Assembly: GCF_009834535.1 (NCBI RefSeq)
Contig: NC_045696.1
Coordinates: 13,642,001 to 13,706,000, forward strand
Direction of reading: 5' to 3'
Source: Camelus ferus
Taxonomy: Eukaryota
Length of the DNA stretch: 64,000 bases
Shown here in pieces: positions 37,571-50,489 of the stretch. The translations under genes and the position numbers were made by a program. Under the pieces are notes generated by a model. That model searched no databases. It worked only from the letters and a program-made list of their open reading frames with translations, and was not told the DNA's origin. Numbering within the stretch: position 1 is the stretch's first letter; the number at the start of each line of letters is the position of its first letter.

Positions 37571-37974
37571 GATATAGGAGACCATAAAAAAAGTCAACAC
37601 ATTGAATAATTTGGGATTCAGCATCTAGTCACTCATGTTTTCCCCTTTTGTCCTTTTTCATCTCCAGGCAATGTCCAGTATGTCTTACCTGCCTGACAAC
37701 CTTGCCCCCAGAGGGTTAGAACTCTGAGACATTCAGTTCCTAGGACTGCACTCCTCTTTGAGTCCTACCTCATAGACATCGCTCTATTTGTCTCTACCCA
37801 TGTTTAGATTGGCTTTGTTGGAATGAGATCTTTCAAGTCGTGGCTAAGGTGCAATGTATCAGGGGAAACATGCTTCAGTGTCTCAGGCTGGGTCCAGCTC
37901 TGGGCTTCCGCCTTCTCGCACCACTAAATCAGCTTTGTCCCTGTTACATAGAATTGCCAGCTGCTTTCTAGGGT

Positions 37975-38100
37975 AGGCTCCCTACTAGACAATAAGGAAA
38001 TCTAGGGCAGGAATCTTACTGTGTGAGTCTTGCATTCACAGAGCCTGTGAACTACCTGACCTCCAGCAAGCACATCATAAATACGTGTTGCACTAAAAGG
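37975..38100 (+). mobile_element. L2 3' end
   Basis: ctccctactagacaataag...agggcaggaa...ataaatacgtgttg. Confidence 0.6.
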
Positions 38101-38884
38101 AACGGAAGCAACCACAGTCTCTGCCAGAGACCGGTTAGGATGCAGAATCCGATTCTTGCTGTGCTGTTTCACCACTTAATTTTAATTTTGTTCTTTGATC
38201 ATAATAGCATACTGAAGTGAAAAAGGAGAGCCAGGAACATTTTGTTCTGTGACTAGATAATGTTTATTTTAATATTTCAGCAAATTGAGAGCTCCTGTTT
38301 TCTTTAGGTTTAATGAAAGTCCGTGATTTAAAATAAAGTAATTATTATTGAAGTCCAGTTTTCAACTTGAGTGAAAGAAAATGTGACTTTTAAAAATCTT
38401 AATTAAGCCTCTGACATAACAATAATAAATATTTTCTTTTCACTGATTAAGTTGGAAAACTCTTCCATCTTTTGCCAATGAGTAAGACTCATAGATTTGA
38501 TAAGAGTAATGTGTTAATGGCTTTGAAAACAAATATTTACTATTTGCATTTTATTGAACTTTTGTGAGCTCATGTAAGTTCATTTTCCTCTAAATTCTGA
38601 ATTTGTCTTTAGCTTAAAAATGCTATATGTAAATCACATAAGACAAATTGAAGTCATTGCTGCATTTTTTTCTTCTTTGAAATATATATGTGTTTACCCA
38701 TGTATCAACAAAGTAAGATCTTGCAAGATAATAAAAATAAACTTAAGTGATAGAATTCAATTGCAAAATTACACTAATTTCTTCTGTTTTTAAAACTGTT
38801 TTACCAAATTATCTACTGTCTTACTATGATTATAATTAGGTCTACTAAACTTTTAGAATAAAATTTTTGAATTAGTGGGGTTTT

Positions 38885-39125
38885 CATATAATTTTGGTGG
38901 AAGTGAAACTGGTACACACCTTTGGAGGGAAATTTGGCAAAATGTACCAAACACTTAAGTACACGGACTCTTATAAATTCTTATCTACAGGTTTATCCTA
39001 AAATATGCTCAAACATGTGAAAAGGTTTAGATAAATATATTTATTGCAGATTTTTTAAATGATTGTTCAAAGATGAAAATAATTGGAAGTTCAACAGTTG
39101 AGCAAGATGACCAATTGATTCGGGA
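38885..39125 (+). mobile_element. Old L1ME-like fragment
   Basis: ggtggaagtgaaactggtacacacctttggagggaaatttggcaa. Confidence 0.7.
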
Positions 39126-39559
39126 ATTGTGCTTACTACTGAATTTTTTTCTTTTTAAATCTTTTATAGAAAAGTATAGACTTTTAAAAATTATCATGAT
39201 GAACATTTATTTCTTTGGTAATCAAAATCAAATAAGACAATTTTATACTTATTTGAAAAAAGGCAATGAATTAACAGTTTACTTAAACTAGTTTTCACTA
39301 AGTTTCTAGTTATGATCCCACTGACTATTAAAATTGTCTATGAATTACCCTGTTGGGTGTTGAGTCTTGATCAAGTGATTCATCCTTTTAGAGTAAGCAG
39401 ATCCAGGGACAGAATAAATCAAATCAACAAAGGTTTTATGGAAGCTTATACCCTGTACTGATATCTAGGAAATACTCATAAGTCAGAAATTCCCATTCCT
39501 ACCAGAAGTACCTCCAAGCTTAGGTACCTACAAGTTATCTTTCTGCTTCATGATAAATT

Positions 39560-39612
39560 ACACACACACAGGCACACAGACACACACACAAACACACACA
39601 CACACACACACA
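39560..39612. repeat. Interrupted (CA)n microsatellite
   Basis: Directly visible. Confidence 0.95.
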
Positions 39613-40419
39613 TCTCCTACAGGATAAAATTAACTTTTATGAAAAACAGTACACCCAAGAGCCTAAATAACAAAGGAAGCCAGCAAGATCCATTTTTTCT
39701 TTGTTTATTTTCTTTTCTTTTTCACCTTAGCACCTCCTGAAACAGTAAAGGAGCTATATGTCCATTTCATCTGAATCTCCTTTAAATTCCCAAATTCTTC
39801 TCAGTGGGGCTGGTACCATGAGTGGCTAATAATTCTTCAAGTACTTCCTTTCTTTTACACTATATGTAAAGGCATGCTTTTATACTATATAAAATAAAGA
39901 ATAAAGTAAGAATAACAGGATAGTTTCCGCTATAAAGTCCCATTTCTTCTCATTATTGAATTGGTAGAGAAACTTACATACAGCTCCTCCTTTTTTGGCT
40001 TTTGTAAGTGCCCTACCTTGCTCTTTCCTGAGACTGGTCTATGCTGGGATGTTAGTTTTTCATGCAAGGTCTCACTAAATGATATTTGCTTTGTATTCTC
40101 AGGCTGTTTTTATGTCACTGTTCACACTTTCCTTTATCACCAAGACTTTTATACCGTTGTTAAGGAGGTTTGTTTTCTCCAACAGCCTTGACAAAATGAT
40201 AGCTTCCTGCATTCATTATTCACCTGGGAGAGCCACAGTTCCACGCCTTACAAATCTGAAAGTTCAGCTCTAACACTCTTGTTTTTCTCTCTGTTCTTTG
40301 CCCTGATTGGAAAGCACGCTTTGCACTTGCTAATGAAGAAGAGTAAAGTCTTGGTTGGGACAATGTAGAGTGACATTTGTGGCAATTATAGCTTCAATGA
40401 AGACCCTCAGGTTAACCTC

Positions 40420-41120
40420 ATGATTAACCATCACATGCTCACTATTAAGTGGGATAAAAAAAGAATCAGTCTTCCCAATTGTATGCTTTCAGACTCATTA
40501 TTTTTAAGGTCTTCCATGGTAGTAGAGGAATTATATTACCTTGACCTAACATATTTTCTGAACCTGACCAAGGAAGACTATACTTTTGCACTTGATGCTT
40601 TGACCTTTTGGTTCTCCTTACAAACCCAAGAGAAAATTTTCAGAAAAAAATTAGAAAATAGCAAACTGGTGAATAGGGCTCTATTGACCTGAATACCAAA
40701 GAGTTACAGGCAGGGACTTCAGAGAATCCCGTAGAAAAGACCCTCTAATGGTGTTGAGAGCTGAAATCTCCCTAAGACATTGAGGACATAAGTACTAGAA
40801 CTTAGACAAGTGATGATAGGGGACAGCAACTATGTTTCTTGATTTAGGGGTTGACAGTGGAAGCCAGTGGTACTAGTTCATAGCAATGCAACAACCTAGA
40901 CGCTGGAAGCCACAAAGAAGCAGCATCCAAAGATCCAATAACCTTGTTAACAAGTGAGTCAGAGATGGACTCTGAAAATGTGTGGTAGCAGGAAAGACGG
41001 TAATCCTGTTACAGGATTCAACTTTGAGTGAGAGAACATGGCAGCCGGGAGGCCACTGGGGAACATCAAGGCATGGGCAGTATTTGATTGAGTCTGGGCT
41101 CTCCATGGGTGTGGGTAGCA
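40420..41120 (+). mobile_element. Decayed Ty3/Gypsy gag-like remnant (MamGypsy/MamGyp-int-like)
   Basis: DYTFALDALTFWF...KIFRKKL (from 40576) then QTGE*GSIDLNTKELQ (40662-40709) resemble the Gypsy gag motif Q..GES+D.Y...L; GHW at 41051-41059 may be a zinc-knuckle remnant. Confidence 0.5.
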
Positions 41121-41429
41121 TGAGGAAGAGTATGCAAAAGAAGAGAGATATTATTTTGTGACTTTGTCTTGGTTGTATTTTCAAGATAATGTGAATTATC
41201 AAAACATAGAATTTTAAAAGAACTATCACAATAAAATAATAGCATTTACTCTCAGCGTAACCCAAAATGTCTCCATGCTGTATGCTTTGTGAAAACAGAA
41301 GTTACATTAATATTAAGATCTGAATTTCATGAATGTGACGTGTCCCCTCCAGCTGTTTCAGAATTGAATTTTTTTTCTTAGCGTTTCCTTCATTTATATT
41401 TGGGAAAACCTCTAACATTTTCTTCTTAG

Positions 41430-42200
41430 AAGCCAAGGCCAACAAGAAAGTTTCTGGAAATAATTGACCATAGCCACTATGCTTGTTCCTCCATGAGCAA
41501 AGTGTTCAGCCAGGTGGAATGTGTCAAGCTGATCGTTGTGCACTGATTCCAAATGCCAGCGGAGGACTCCAATGCGTGGAGGTTTGCAAGATCATTGCAA
41601 TGCCAGCCACCAGAAGTAGAAGCTCGAACACTTCTGCCCATGGCGTCTTGGTGTCAGAGTTGCCAAGAAAAACACCACAGTCAAGCACTGGATGGGCAGT
41701 GCTTTTACTCACTTGTAGAAGAGACAGCAAGATCGATTCCAATAGTGTGCATCAGTCCCTCATGGCCAGCAAGTTCCCCCAGCAGCTGATGCAGAGCGGT
41801 TGGCCTGCAATCACCCCTCTCATGACACAGTAGAAAGATACCAGTCCCTCCTCACTGGAGTCTGAAATGCTGATCACTGGGGGCATGCCTGAAAGCCATT
41901 AACGCACGTGCTTATGCAGCAAAGGAATATTCATTTAGCCTGAAACAGGGGAAGATAGTCCCATACACGGTAATAAGATCCACACAGGCCGTGTGGACTC
42001 TTCATCTCTTGGTAAGGAAGTTTCAGGCCCAAGGCTCATTCTTTTATGCCCAAAAGACTATGCACATGAGGCTGCCTTTCTAAACAGAATGGCATTTCTA
42101 TCATTCTACTGGACAAGATTTTTCTCTGGAGACAGCTACCCAGGCATTCCCACTGGCAAAGTTCTATGATGATCTATGGTGGGATAAAGGAGATGGTCCT
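41430..42200 (+). mobile_element. Decayed Ty3/Gypsy pol remnant (RNase H end to integrase N-terminus)
   Basis: Colinear decayed motifs: DH(K)PL 41466-41479, AHG...SELP (compare ADALSRLP) 41636-41665, GWP 41798-41806, IHLA..QG 41929-41951, QAVW..SLGKEV 41985-42022, LPRH..WQ...DL 42136-42176. Confidence 0.6.
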
Positions 42201-43499
42201 GTGCTCAACTCTGTCCTAAATGTCCCCACCAAGAGTCTAGACAGAAGCAGTCCCTGCTCTGTGTGTTTCATTCCCTCTGTCAAAACAAATCCTCTACTTG
42301 TACCCAATATCGTTTTTCCTATAAAACGACAGATCTAGACTCTTGGGTTAGATTGAAAACAGAAAATCATCATGTTCTTCTTTCCAGTCACCTTCCCAGG
42401 GTGCCTAAACAGAAAGCCTTTTATGTTTTCCAAACAAGAACAATGTCATCGCCAAAACGAAACAGAACATAAAATACATCTACTGTTCCCCACAACACAC
42501 ACATTAATTAAAGAAAACCAAACCACAACAAGACAAAAATGAAACAGAGACTCTCCTTTACAGCTTAGAAAACCCTTAGGGCAGGAGGAGGCATTGATTG
42601 TCTGAAATCCAAACCAGATTTTGCTTCAGCTCCATCAATCTACCTCACTCTAACTCTGATTTCTCTCATCTTTTTGTAAACTTATAAGTCCTTATAGTCC
42701 TCTCTGTCTGGTTTCCTTAATTTTAATTCTCTTTCTGCTTCTCCTCATTCTCTTTATGTTCAAATTATTTTTCATCAATTTCTGTGTATTATTCTTTCCA
42801 GCACATGTACTTGAGAACACCTTGTATACGTGAAGTCAGTCATGTGTGTCTATAGGTCAGTAGGGACTCTAGGCTATGAGTAATGGAAACAATTCAAGAT
42901 TTCTTGGAATGAGAAGGGAAAGATTGGGGAAAACAGGCAAAATATGGAGAGCTCAGGTGTGTTGGACAACAGGACCCTTGATGAAGTTCATGCTGAATGA
43001 AAATTCTTGATTACCAGGCGCTTCACTTACGATGAACATGATCTCTAACCATCTCCATATGGTGATATAATTTATTCAAGATTTGAAGTCTGAAGAGAAA
43101 GCCTGAGATTATCTCATTCTCATTCACATGCCTGCCACCAGCCACCTGACAGCACCAGCATGTCAGGAAAATGGCCACTATTTCCAAAGTCTATACATGT
43201 AAGAGAGCTCTCCAAAAGAAAGATCGAAGTAGTGATATAAAAGAAGCTTGGTATTGGGTGGCCAGAAAATGACAAGTGCTCACCAGAGATGGTAAGTTTA
43301 TTGATCTCACAATTTTAACTGGACTTTACCCTGGGAAATACTAAATGCTTATCAATGTGTTATTAATCATTTTTTTAAAATATTGATTCAATCTTCAGTC
43401 TTTAGTATTTTAGAATTTATCCTGTATTTACCTGTATAAAGTAAGTAAGGTCTGCATGATGGTTAGGCTCAGGGAATTCTTACTATAAGCACTTCTATA

Positions 43500-43820
43500 G
43501 CTTTAGCATTTCCCATGTTTTTATGTCATCTTCATATCAACTGCTTTGATGGTTTCATAATTTCATCAAGTTGATAAGTCATAATTTGTTTATGACTCCC
43601 TGCCTCAGCCCATGCTCACTTTATTTGGCAATTAGGTCATTTTTGTTTTGTTGGCTAACATAGATAATAAAATAATAGCCATACTTATGTATATAATTCT
43701 TTTCTTACTCTTGGATTATTTTAAGATAAAGATCCCCAAGAGAAAAACTACAGTGTTAAATATTATGCACATGTCCACATATCTTGATCAGTATTAGCAC
43801 ATTAGTTCTTAAATATATTC
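43500..43820 (-). mobile_element. Old L1ME-like fragment
   Basis: cataatttgtttatgactccc...ttggcaattaggt...ggattattttaagataaagatcccc. Confidence 0.6.
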
Positions 43821-44071
43821 AATATTCCTAAGGTCATTTTTGATGAGGCATTGCAAAGGTACAGTGGTTAAGACTTCACCTAGGGGTCTCAAGGTCATAT
43901 AAGGGTCATTTAAAGAGAGAAGCTGATTGCCCCAAGCTCTGTAGAGGGATCACACACACATGTTACACTATAAAGGAAAACTATCTGAATCTGATATATG
44001 ATATAACTGCACAGTAATCGTGACAGAAATCTGGCCTTGGAGCTCATGAGTAGTAACACGTTAGCACATCA

Positions 44072-44400
44072 TTTTATTTATTTATTTATTTAGACTATTC
44101 TTTTAGAGCAGTTTCAGGCTCACAACAGAATTGAGCAGAAAATACAGAGAGTTGGCACATAGCCCTCCGCACCCACACATATATACTCCCCTACCCCCAA
44201 CATCCCTCATCAGTGTGGCATTTTGGTACAATCGATGAACCAACGTGGGCACATTATTATCAACCAAAGTCCATAGTTTACATTAGGGTGCACTCTTGAT
44301 GTTGTACATTCTATGGGCTTTGACAAATGCATAGTGACATGTAGCCACCACTATAGTATCGTACAGAATAATTTCATTGCCCTAAAAAAATCCCCTGAAG
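44072..44400 (-). mobile_element. L1MC1/2-like 3' end (second copy) with (TTTA)n tail
   Basis: tttagagcagtttcaggctcacaac...caaagtccatagtttacattagggtgcactct...ttcattgccctaaaaa. Confidence 0.9.
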
Positions 44401-45027
44401 CACTTCATTATGTATTGACTTTCACTTATATTTTCTAGAAAAGCCATTCCATCTGCAACTAAATATTCAGTCTGAATGTTGGGAACACTATTTAAAAAAA
44501 AAAAAAAAAAAAAAAGACTGCGTGAAGTTAAGGCAACATCTGAGCTTCCGAGGCTGCTTACCACGTTTAGACAGCATGAGTCTTTAGAGACAGCAGAGTG
44601 CTTATGGCTAAACATAGCAGGTAGTAAGAAAATTTAAATGCCAAAGGTCATTTTACCATAGAAGAGAGGTAGAAAGGGAGTGACGAAACTAAAGATTAAA
44701 GAACATTTAGAGCCTTATTCCTTCAAAGCAATTTCCTTTTTTAAATGTCAGAAAAAATCCTTTTAAAAAATAATTAATTGACAGGAGAGTCTGTAAACTA
44801 TTCAACTGTGCTTAAATTGCTTGGAGTGTACCCCTGCACTCTCACAATTTTGGGATCAGTCCACATAGGGCAGGGCAGAAAGAATTCTAAGTAAAGTTTA
44901 CCATGACTTAATTTTCCTTTTAAACACTAGAGTTTACCTTTCTGATGTATGTCAGTTGGACGAGACTGTGAGATTCTTGAAAATAGGGTATACGTCATAT
45001 TAACTATGTTTAAAAAAATTAACCGGC

Positions 45028-45260
45028 TCTGTTTATTTAACAGACCATCCTTTACCCAATGTTCTGTAGTACAACATTTGTTGTAAATCAAGCATTCATA
45101 TGTGTCTGTTTCTACAAACCCTATCCTTTCTTCTGTTCTTTTTGCTGATCTATTTGTCCATCCTTACACCACTGTCTCACTGTCTCTGTTACTATGACTC
45201 TCTGAGTCTTGATTCCTGATTGAGCAAGTTCTCCAAACTTGGTTTCCTTTCTTGAGAATT
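45028..45260 (-). mobile_element. Old L1 ORF2 fragment (L1ME/L1M5-like)
   Basis: tttatttaacagaccatcctttacccaa...gatctatttgtccatcctt...cactgtctc. Confidence 0.7.
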
Positions 45261-46325
45261 TTAACAGCTTTACTGAGATATAATTTATATACCATATAAT
45301 TAATCCATTTAAATTGTATAAATTAAATGGTTTTTAATATAAGCACACATATGTCCAAATATCACCATCCTTATTCTAGAACATTTTCATCGCCTCACCA
45401 AGAAACTCCATACCCTTATCTTTACATTTTCCTCCCAGTCCTAAGGGACCACTAACTAATCGATTTTTGCCTCTATAGATTTTTCTATTCTAGAATTTCA
45501 TATGAATGAAATCCTATAATATGTGGCCTTTTGTGACTGGCTTCTTCACTTACCATATTTTCAAGATTTATTCATGTTGTAAATATCAGTATTTAATTCC
45601 CTTCTACAGAAAAATAATATTCCATTGTATGTATGTACCACATTTGTTAATCCATTCATCAGTTGACTGGCATTTGGGTTGTTTCCATCTTTTGGCTATT
45701 ATAAAACACAGTTATAAATATTTGTGTACAAGATTTAGCATGGCTACATGGCTGCATTTTGGGGGAGTTTATACCTAAGAGTGGACTACCTGGGACACAT
45801 GGTAGCTATGTTTGTCTGAGGAACTGCCAAGCTGTTTGCCATTACCATTTCCCACCAGCAGTATATGAAGTTTCCAATTTCTCTAATATGTGTTATTATC
45901 TTTTTTTTTCAATTCTAGACATTCTCATTTGTATGAAGTGGTATCTTGCAGTTTTGATTTTCATTTCCCTAATAACTAATAACGTTCAGCTTACTGTGCT
46001 TATTGGCCATTTGTATACCTTCCTTGGAAAGATGTTTATTCAGATTCTTTGACCATTTTTAAATTGGGTTATATGTATTTTTATTATTGAGTTGTAAAAG
46101 TTTTTTTTATATATTCTAGACACAGTTCCTTATCATATGTAGTCTTTGAACTTTTCTCCCATTCTATGGACTGCTTTTTCACATTCTTAATGGTGTCCTT
46201 TGAAGAACAAAAAGTTCTTAATATTGATAGAGCCCAATTTATCTTCTTTTTCCTTTGTTAATCATGTTTTTGGTATTATATCTAGGAATCTTTTGCCAAA
46301 TCCAAAGTCACGAAGATTTACCCAA
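45261..46325 (-). mobile_element. L1MB-like 3' end plus ORF2 C-terminus
   Basis: taacagctttactgagatataattt...tattccattgtatgtatgtaccacatttg...tttgccaaatccaaagtcacgaagatt. Confidence 0.9.
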
Positions 46326-47069
46326 ATAGTTTTTGCTTTATTCATACTTGTTTCATAAATATAGTTTTGCACACAATTAAAATATGAATAATATAAGTTA
46401 ACTTACTGAATTATCACTAGAACATTAAAAGGAAGGAAGGTTAAAAAGCGTAATTTTCTTTTTTACACTGGTAAATTTCCTCTGTAGATTATTCATTCCA
46501 CTTACTGTGTTTCATCACTATTATAAAGAAAGCATTTAGTAATCTTTCTCAAAACTGCACTTTATTAACTTTTTTTTTAAAACATCTTAACTAATTCACT
46601 GATTTTTCTTAAAAAAAAAGAGAAAAGAAGAAAAACTCTGCTCTTTGGCCTTGTTTTATTTTTTATAAAACTAATAGTTTTTTAAAAATTCATGACCATG
46701 TAATTTATTTAATCTCTATCAGTACATTATTCCTGGAGTGCTCTTAAGGATAAAAACAAAAGTGAAATTCTTTAAGATATTGGCAGTTGTTATTTTTGAA
46801 CCTATTTATTTCATCAAAGTATATTCATTTGGAGAGGAAATAGGCCATAATATATACTGTAAGTAAACAAAAAACTAAAGAAAGGTAGATGAATAGTTTA
46901 AAAGCTGATACCATAAACAAGGAATAATCAGTAAATTCTACAGATACATATTTTAAGTAATTAGAGCATTCCCTTCCTCTATCCAATTCCATTTACATGT
47001 GGATAAAGCTAACTGGAAAGGGCAGTTTGTAGATTTTCAACCATACAGCAATGAGCTGGATTAAAGAAG

Positions 47070-47545
47070 ATGACAAACTCAGTATGTAGGCATCTCATAT
47101 TAGAATTAGGTTTCATGTTGGATGTTGCATTAAAAAAATTGACAAATTAAAATAGATGTTTCTAAAGAAGAACCAACAGAATGCAAATGTTCTGGCAAGT
47201 ATTTTGTAAAGGAAGATTTCAGGCACTGAGGGACATTAATCTAACAAATAGATAAATTCAGGTGACTGTTCTCTTAAATTATTGAAGGGTGGCCTCATAG
47301 AAGACTGAATTATGTTTATAACAAAAGACAGATACAGGGTTAATGGGTAGAAAATATGAGGCAATTATTTTTTTCAACATGAAAAGAAAATTTTAATAAT
47401 CTTTTCAGGAGTTGTGTAGCTGCTTCATTAATATAAAGGAGACAGAACTCTCTTCCCTGGATGTTGCTCAGGGACTCTGATGCAATGTGATTCCTCTGAC
47501 CAGGTCACCTTTAGTGCTTTGTGCAGCTTGTAGGCCCTGCAATTC
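47070..47545 (+). mobile_element. L3/CR1 LINE 3' fragment
   Basis: attgacaaattaaa...ttgaagggtggcctcatagaaga...aatgggtagaaa...caacatgaaaagaaaatttt...ttccctggatgt. Confidence 0.6.
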
Positions 47546-48369
47546 CATAACTGTATTGTATCACCTTTTAGAACTGTTTAAGATCTGATTGAAATGATTT
47601 GCTCTGGTTATTCATCTTCTTGAACAGGAATTATCAAATTACTAAAACATTTCAGTTACTTTGGGCTAGTATCAGGCCAATGCCATGACCACCTGCCCCT
47701 AGAGTGCAACTGAACAGTCTTTGTTATTTTGGGAGTTTGCTGATGCTTCTGATGTAACTGCAGTGGTGAACAAAATGTTCTGTATTCTCAGTGTCACTGG
47801 AACTTAAGTAGTTGACATTTTATAAAGCACTTGGCTGCCCGACGAGAACCCACTAAGGAATCTCCTTGAGGCACTAGCCTTAGATAATCAGAGACTTGGA
47901 GCACGAAGCTACGTACGACTCAAATTGGACAGACCGTTTCAGCATGGCAGGTACATTCCAATCTGAGCCCGCACTTCCTAAGAACAATGGTCCATTCTTC
48001 AACAATATGTTTGATTATATTTAGCAATATAGATTATTTCTGCTTTATTTAAGACCAAATGATTGCAAGTGTAAGTTTTTTCTTCTTTATTTCTCCAGTC
48101 TTTTCTTCCTTCTTCTTTTGGTTAGCTAGTGATTGTTTTGTTGTGTTGATTTTTTTTTTAATCCTGATGAATATAGAGCCTGGGGTCAATAATTATTTTT
48201 ACATTAACAATAGGAATAAATAAATGCATAAATAAATGTAGATACATTTATTTTTAATACAGTTGTCAGGAAGTGACAAGGGTATAGAGTGAAAAGAGAG
48301 AAAAGAAACAAACTCAAATCTGAAGTCAACCCAAGGACTTGGGAAGTCCATTTTGTTCCTAAAGAAGGA

Positions 48370-48612
48370 CTAATCAAGAGACTGTTCAGAGTTTACACTT
48401 TGCTAGGACAAGCATCTGAGATAGTTTTTATTTACAGTGCATTGGAACTATTTGTGCAAATATACATGAAAAAGATACATTTCTGTTGCATTGGGTATTG
48501 TGAGGACTAAGCAAAATAATGAATCTATCTCAAAAATAATAGCTTCTAAAGCTCTTAGAAGTGTGCCTGATATGTAGAAAAATGCTCACTGAGCATTAGC
48601 TATTATTGTTTT
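48370..48612 (+). mobile_element. MIR fragment
   Basis: gggtattgtgaggactaa...aaagctcttagaagtgtgcctgatatgtag...tagctattattg. Confidence 0.7.
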
Positions 48613-48782
48613 ATCATTTTTATGCTTAGAGTGGGCTTTATCCATTATTTTGTTTGTTTACTTTGAGAACTCTGAAGTGACAGGGTTACCCAGTTAATTC
48701 CGAATTGGACTCCTTCTGGGCAGATCCCTAGAACACGAAGTTAATTCTCAGCCTCTGAATGTAAACACCCCAGAGGAAGCAG

Positions 48783-49152
48783 CATATTCATTTTCTAGGA
48801 CTGCCACAACAGGTATCACTGACTGGGGGACTGAAACAAGAGAAATCTATCTCTTCATAATTCTGGAGATTGGAAGTCTGAGGTCAAGGTGTGGGCAGGG
48901 CTGGTCTCTTGAGGCTCCTCTCCTTGACTTGCAGATAGCTGCCTCTCCCTCTTTCTTCAAAAGAGCTTCCCTCTGGACAGGTCTGTGCCCTAAGCTCCAG
49001 TCATACTGGGTTAGGGCCCTCCCATAATAACCTCATCTTCCCTGAATTACCTCTTAAAAGATTCTATTTCCAAATATAGGCACATTATGAGGTACTGGAG
49101 GTTAGGACTACAACACATGAACTTTGAGGAGGACACAGTTCAACCCATAACA
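48783..49152 (-). mobile_element. MLT1A/B-like ERVL-MaLR solo LTR
   Basis: ttctggagattggaagtctgaggtcaaggtgtgggcagggctgg...tgaggtactggaggttaggact...gacacagttcaacccataaca. Confidence 0.9.
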
Positions 49153-50489
49153 GACTCCATGATGCCAAGACCCTAAAAATAAGTGTGTTAGGATTGGAAC
49201 AGAATTAACTGAAATGGTGCAGCCAAGGTGTGGCCCAAGTAGCCCCCCGGGGATGTCAGCCAGGTTGATGGCAGGAGCTATGGGAACACACCCAGCATAT
49301 TAGGCACAGCTCTGACTGGTAGGGGTCTTCACTAGGCCCACCTCACCAAGAATAATTGTCAGAGAACTGCGTTCCAATATCTGGATGGGTCATGGGTTTT
49401 CACCCATTTTGGAGACAAGAATGACAAATACAGAGATACCAAAGCTCAGAATATTTGAAAAGTGTGCAAAATTTATGAATTTTCTTATTAAAGCAGTAGA
49501 TTTCAAAACCAGTGAAATTCACAAATTTTCTTAATGAAAAGGTGAAACACAGAACCTAGCTTAGTGATTTATATGGAATGTTAGGTATTTAGGTAAAAGC
49601 TTGCTGAGTTGAATTTAATATTTGGTCTTTTAATCAGATGTTCTAGTGTTTTTTTCTTAAAATTCAGATGGCTTGAGAAATGTGTTGCTGAGGACACAAA
49701 CATGCTGAAACAGCAGCTTCCACTGTCGCACCTTACAACCTGGAACAAGGTAGCATGTCTTTATTTCATGGTGTCTTACAAAAGTGGAACATAACGCATT
49801 TGGGAAAATAGAGCCTATTAAACACCTCAGACAGTTCACGGGGTAGAGCACTGTGCTGTCACACCCTTGTGGCTCCTTCCCACTATTCCTATAAAGAGGT
49901 GCTGCCAGAAATTGGACTCTTGCAAATTGCTATGGGTCCTGTTTACTTTCGTATTATGTGTAGCCACACTGCAATCTAAGTGCCATTTTTCATACTAAAA
50001 CAAGATAATTATATTTTAGGAGTCACGCTGAAAAAATTGTGTGTGCATTGGGGAAGAACTACACACTGATTTTTTTCCAAGAATGAATCTTAATCGTAAA
50101 TGAATTGCCTGGCTGTTTCTTATGCTGTTTTAACTGGGTGAGTGCCAAAGGCACAGCGTGTTTCAAATTCTTTACATTGCTCTGACTTGTGTGTGTATGT
50201 GTGTACGTGCACATGTGCGTCTGATAAAAGAGAATATGGTTTATTTGATTGCTTGGAGTTCTCGGACATGGGAAGAAAATATTACACTTTATATATTTCT
50301 AGCCAGGTCCCTATTATCAATTTTATGCTGTGAGAGAAAATTTCCAAAGGCCTGTGGCACAGAGGATGGCTTTGAACAACCTGGCTTCTGATAGTCCCTT
50401 CTTCAAGAACTCACAACTGTCTGCGCACTTCTGGAATTAGGAGTGATGACTGGCCCTCTTGACATGATCATAACAAAGTCTTTGATTTC

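Noticed and set aside
40180..40215. Possible Gypsy LTR end and primer-binding site (ccttgaca-aaa-tgatagc)
   Set aside because: Match to a tRNA-iMet PBS is too short and mismatched, and no second LTR copy was found.
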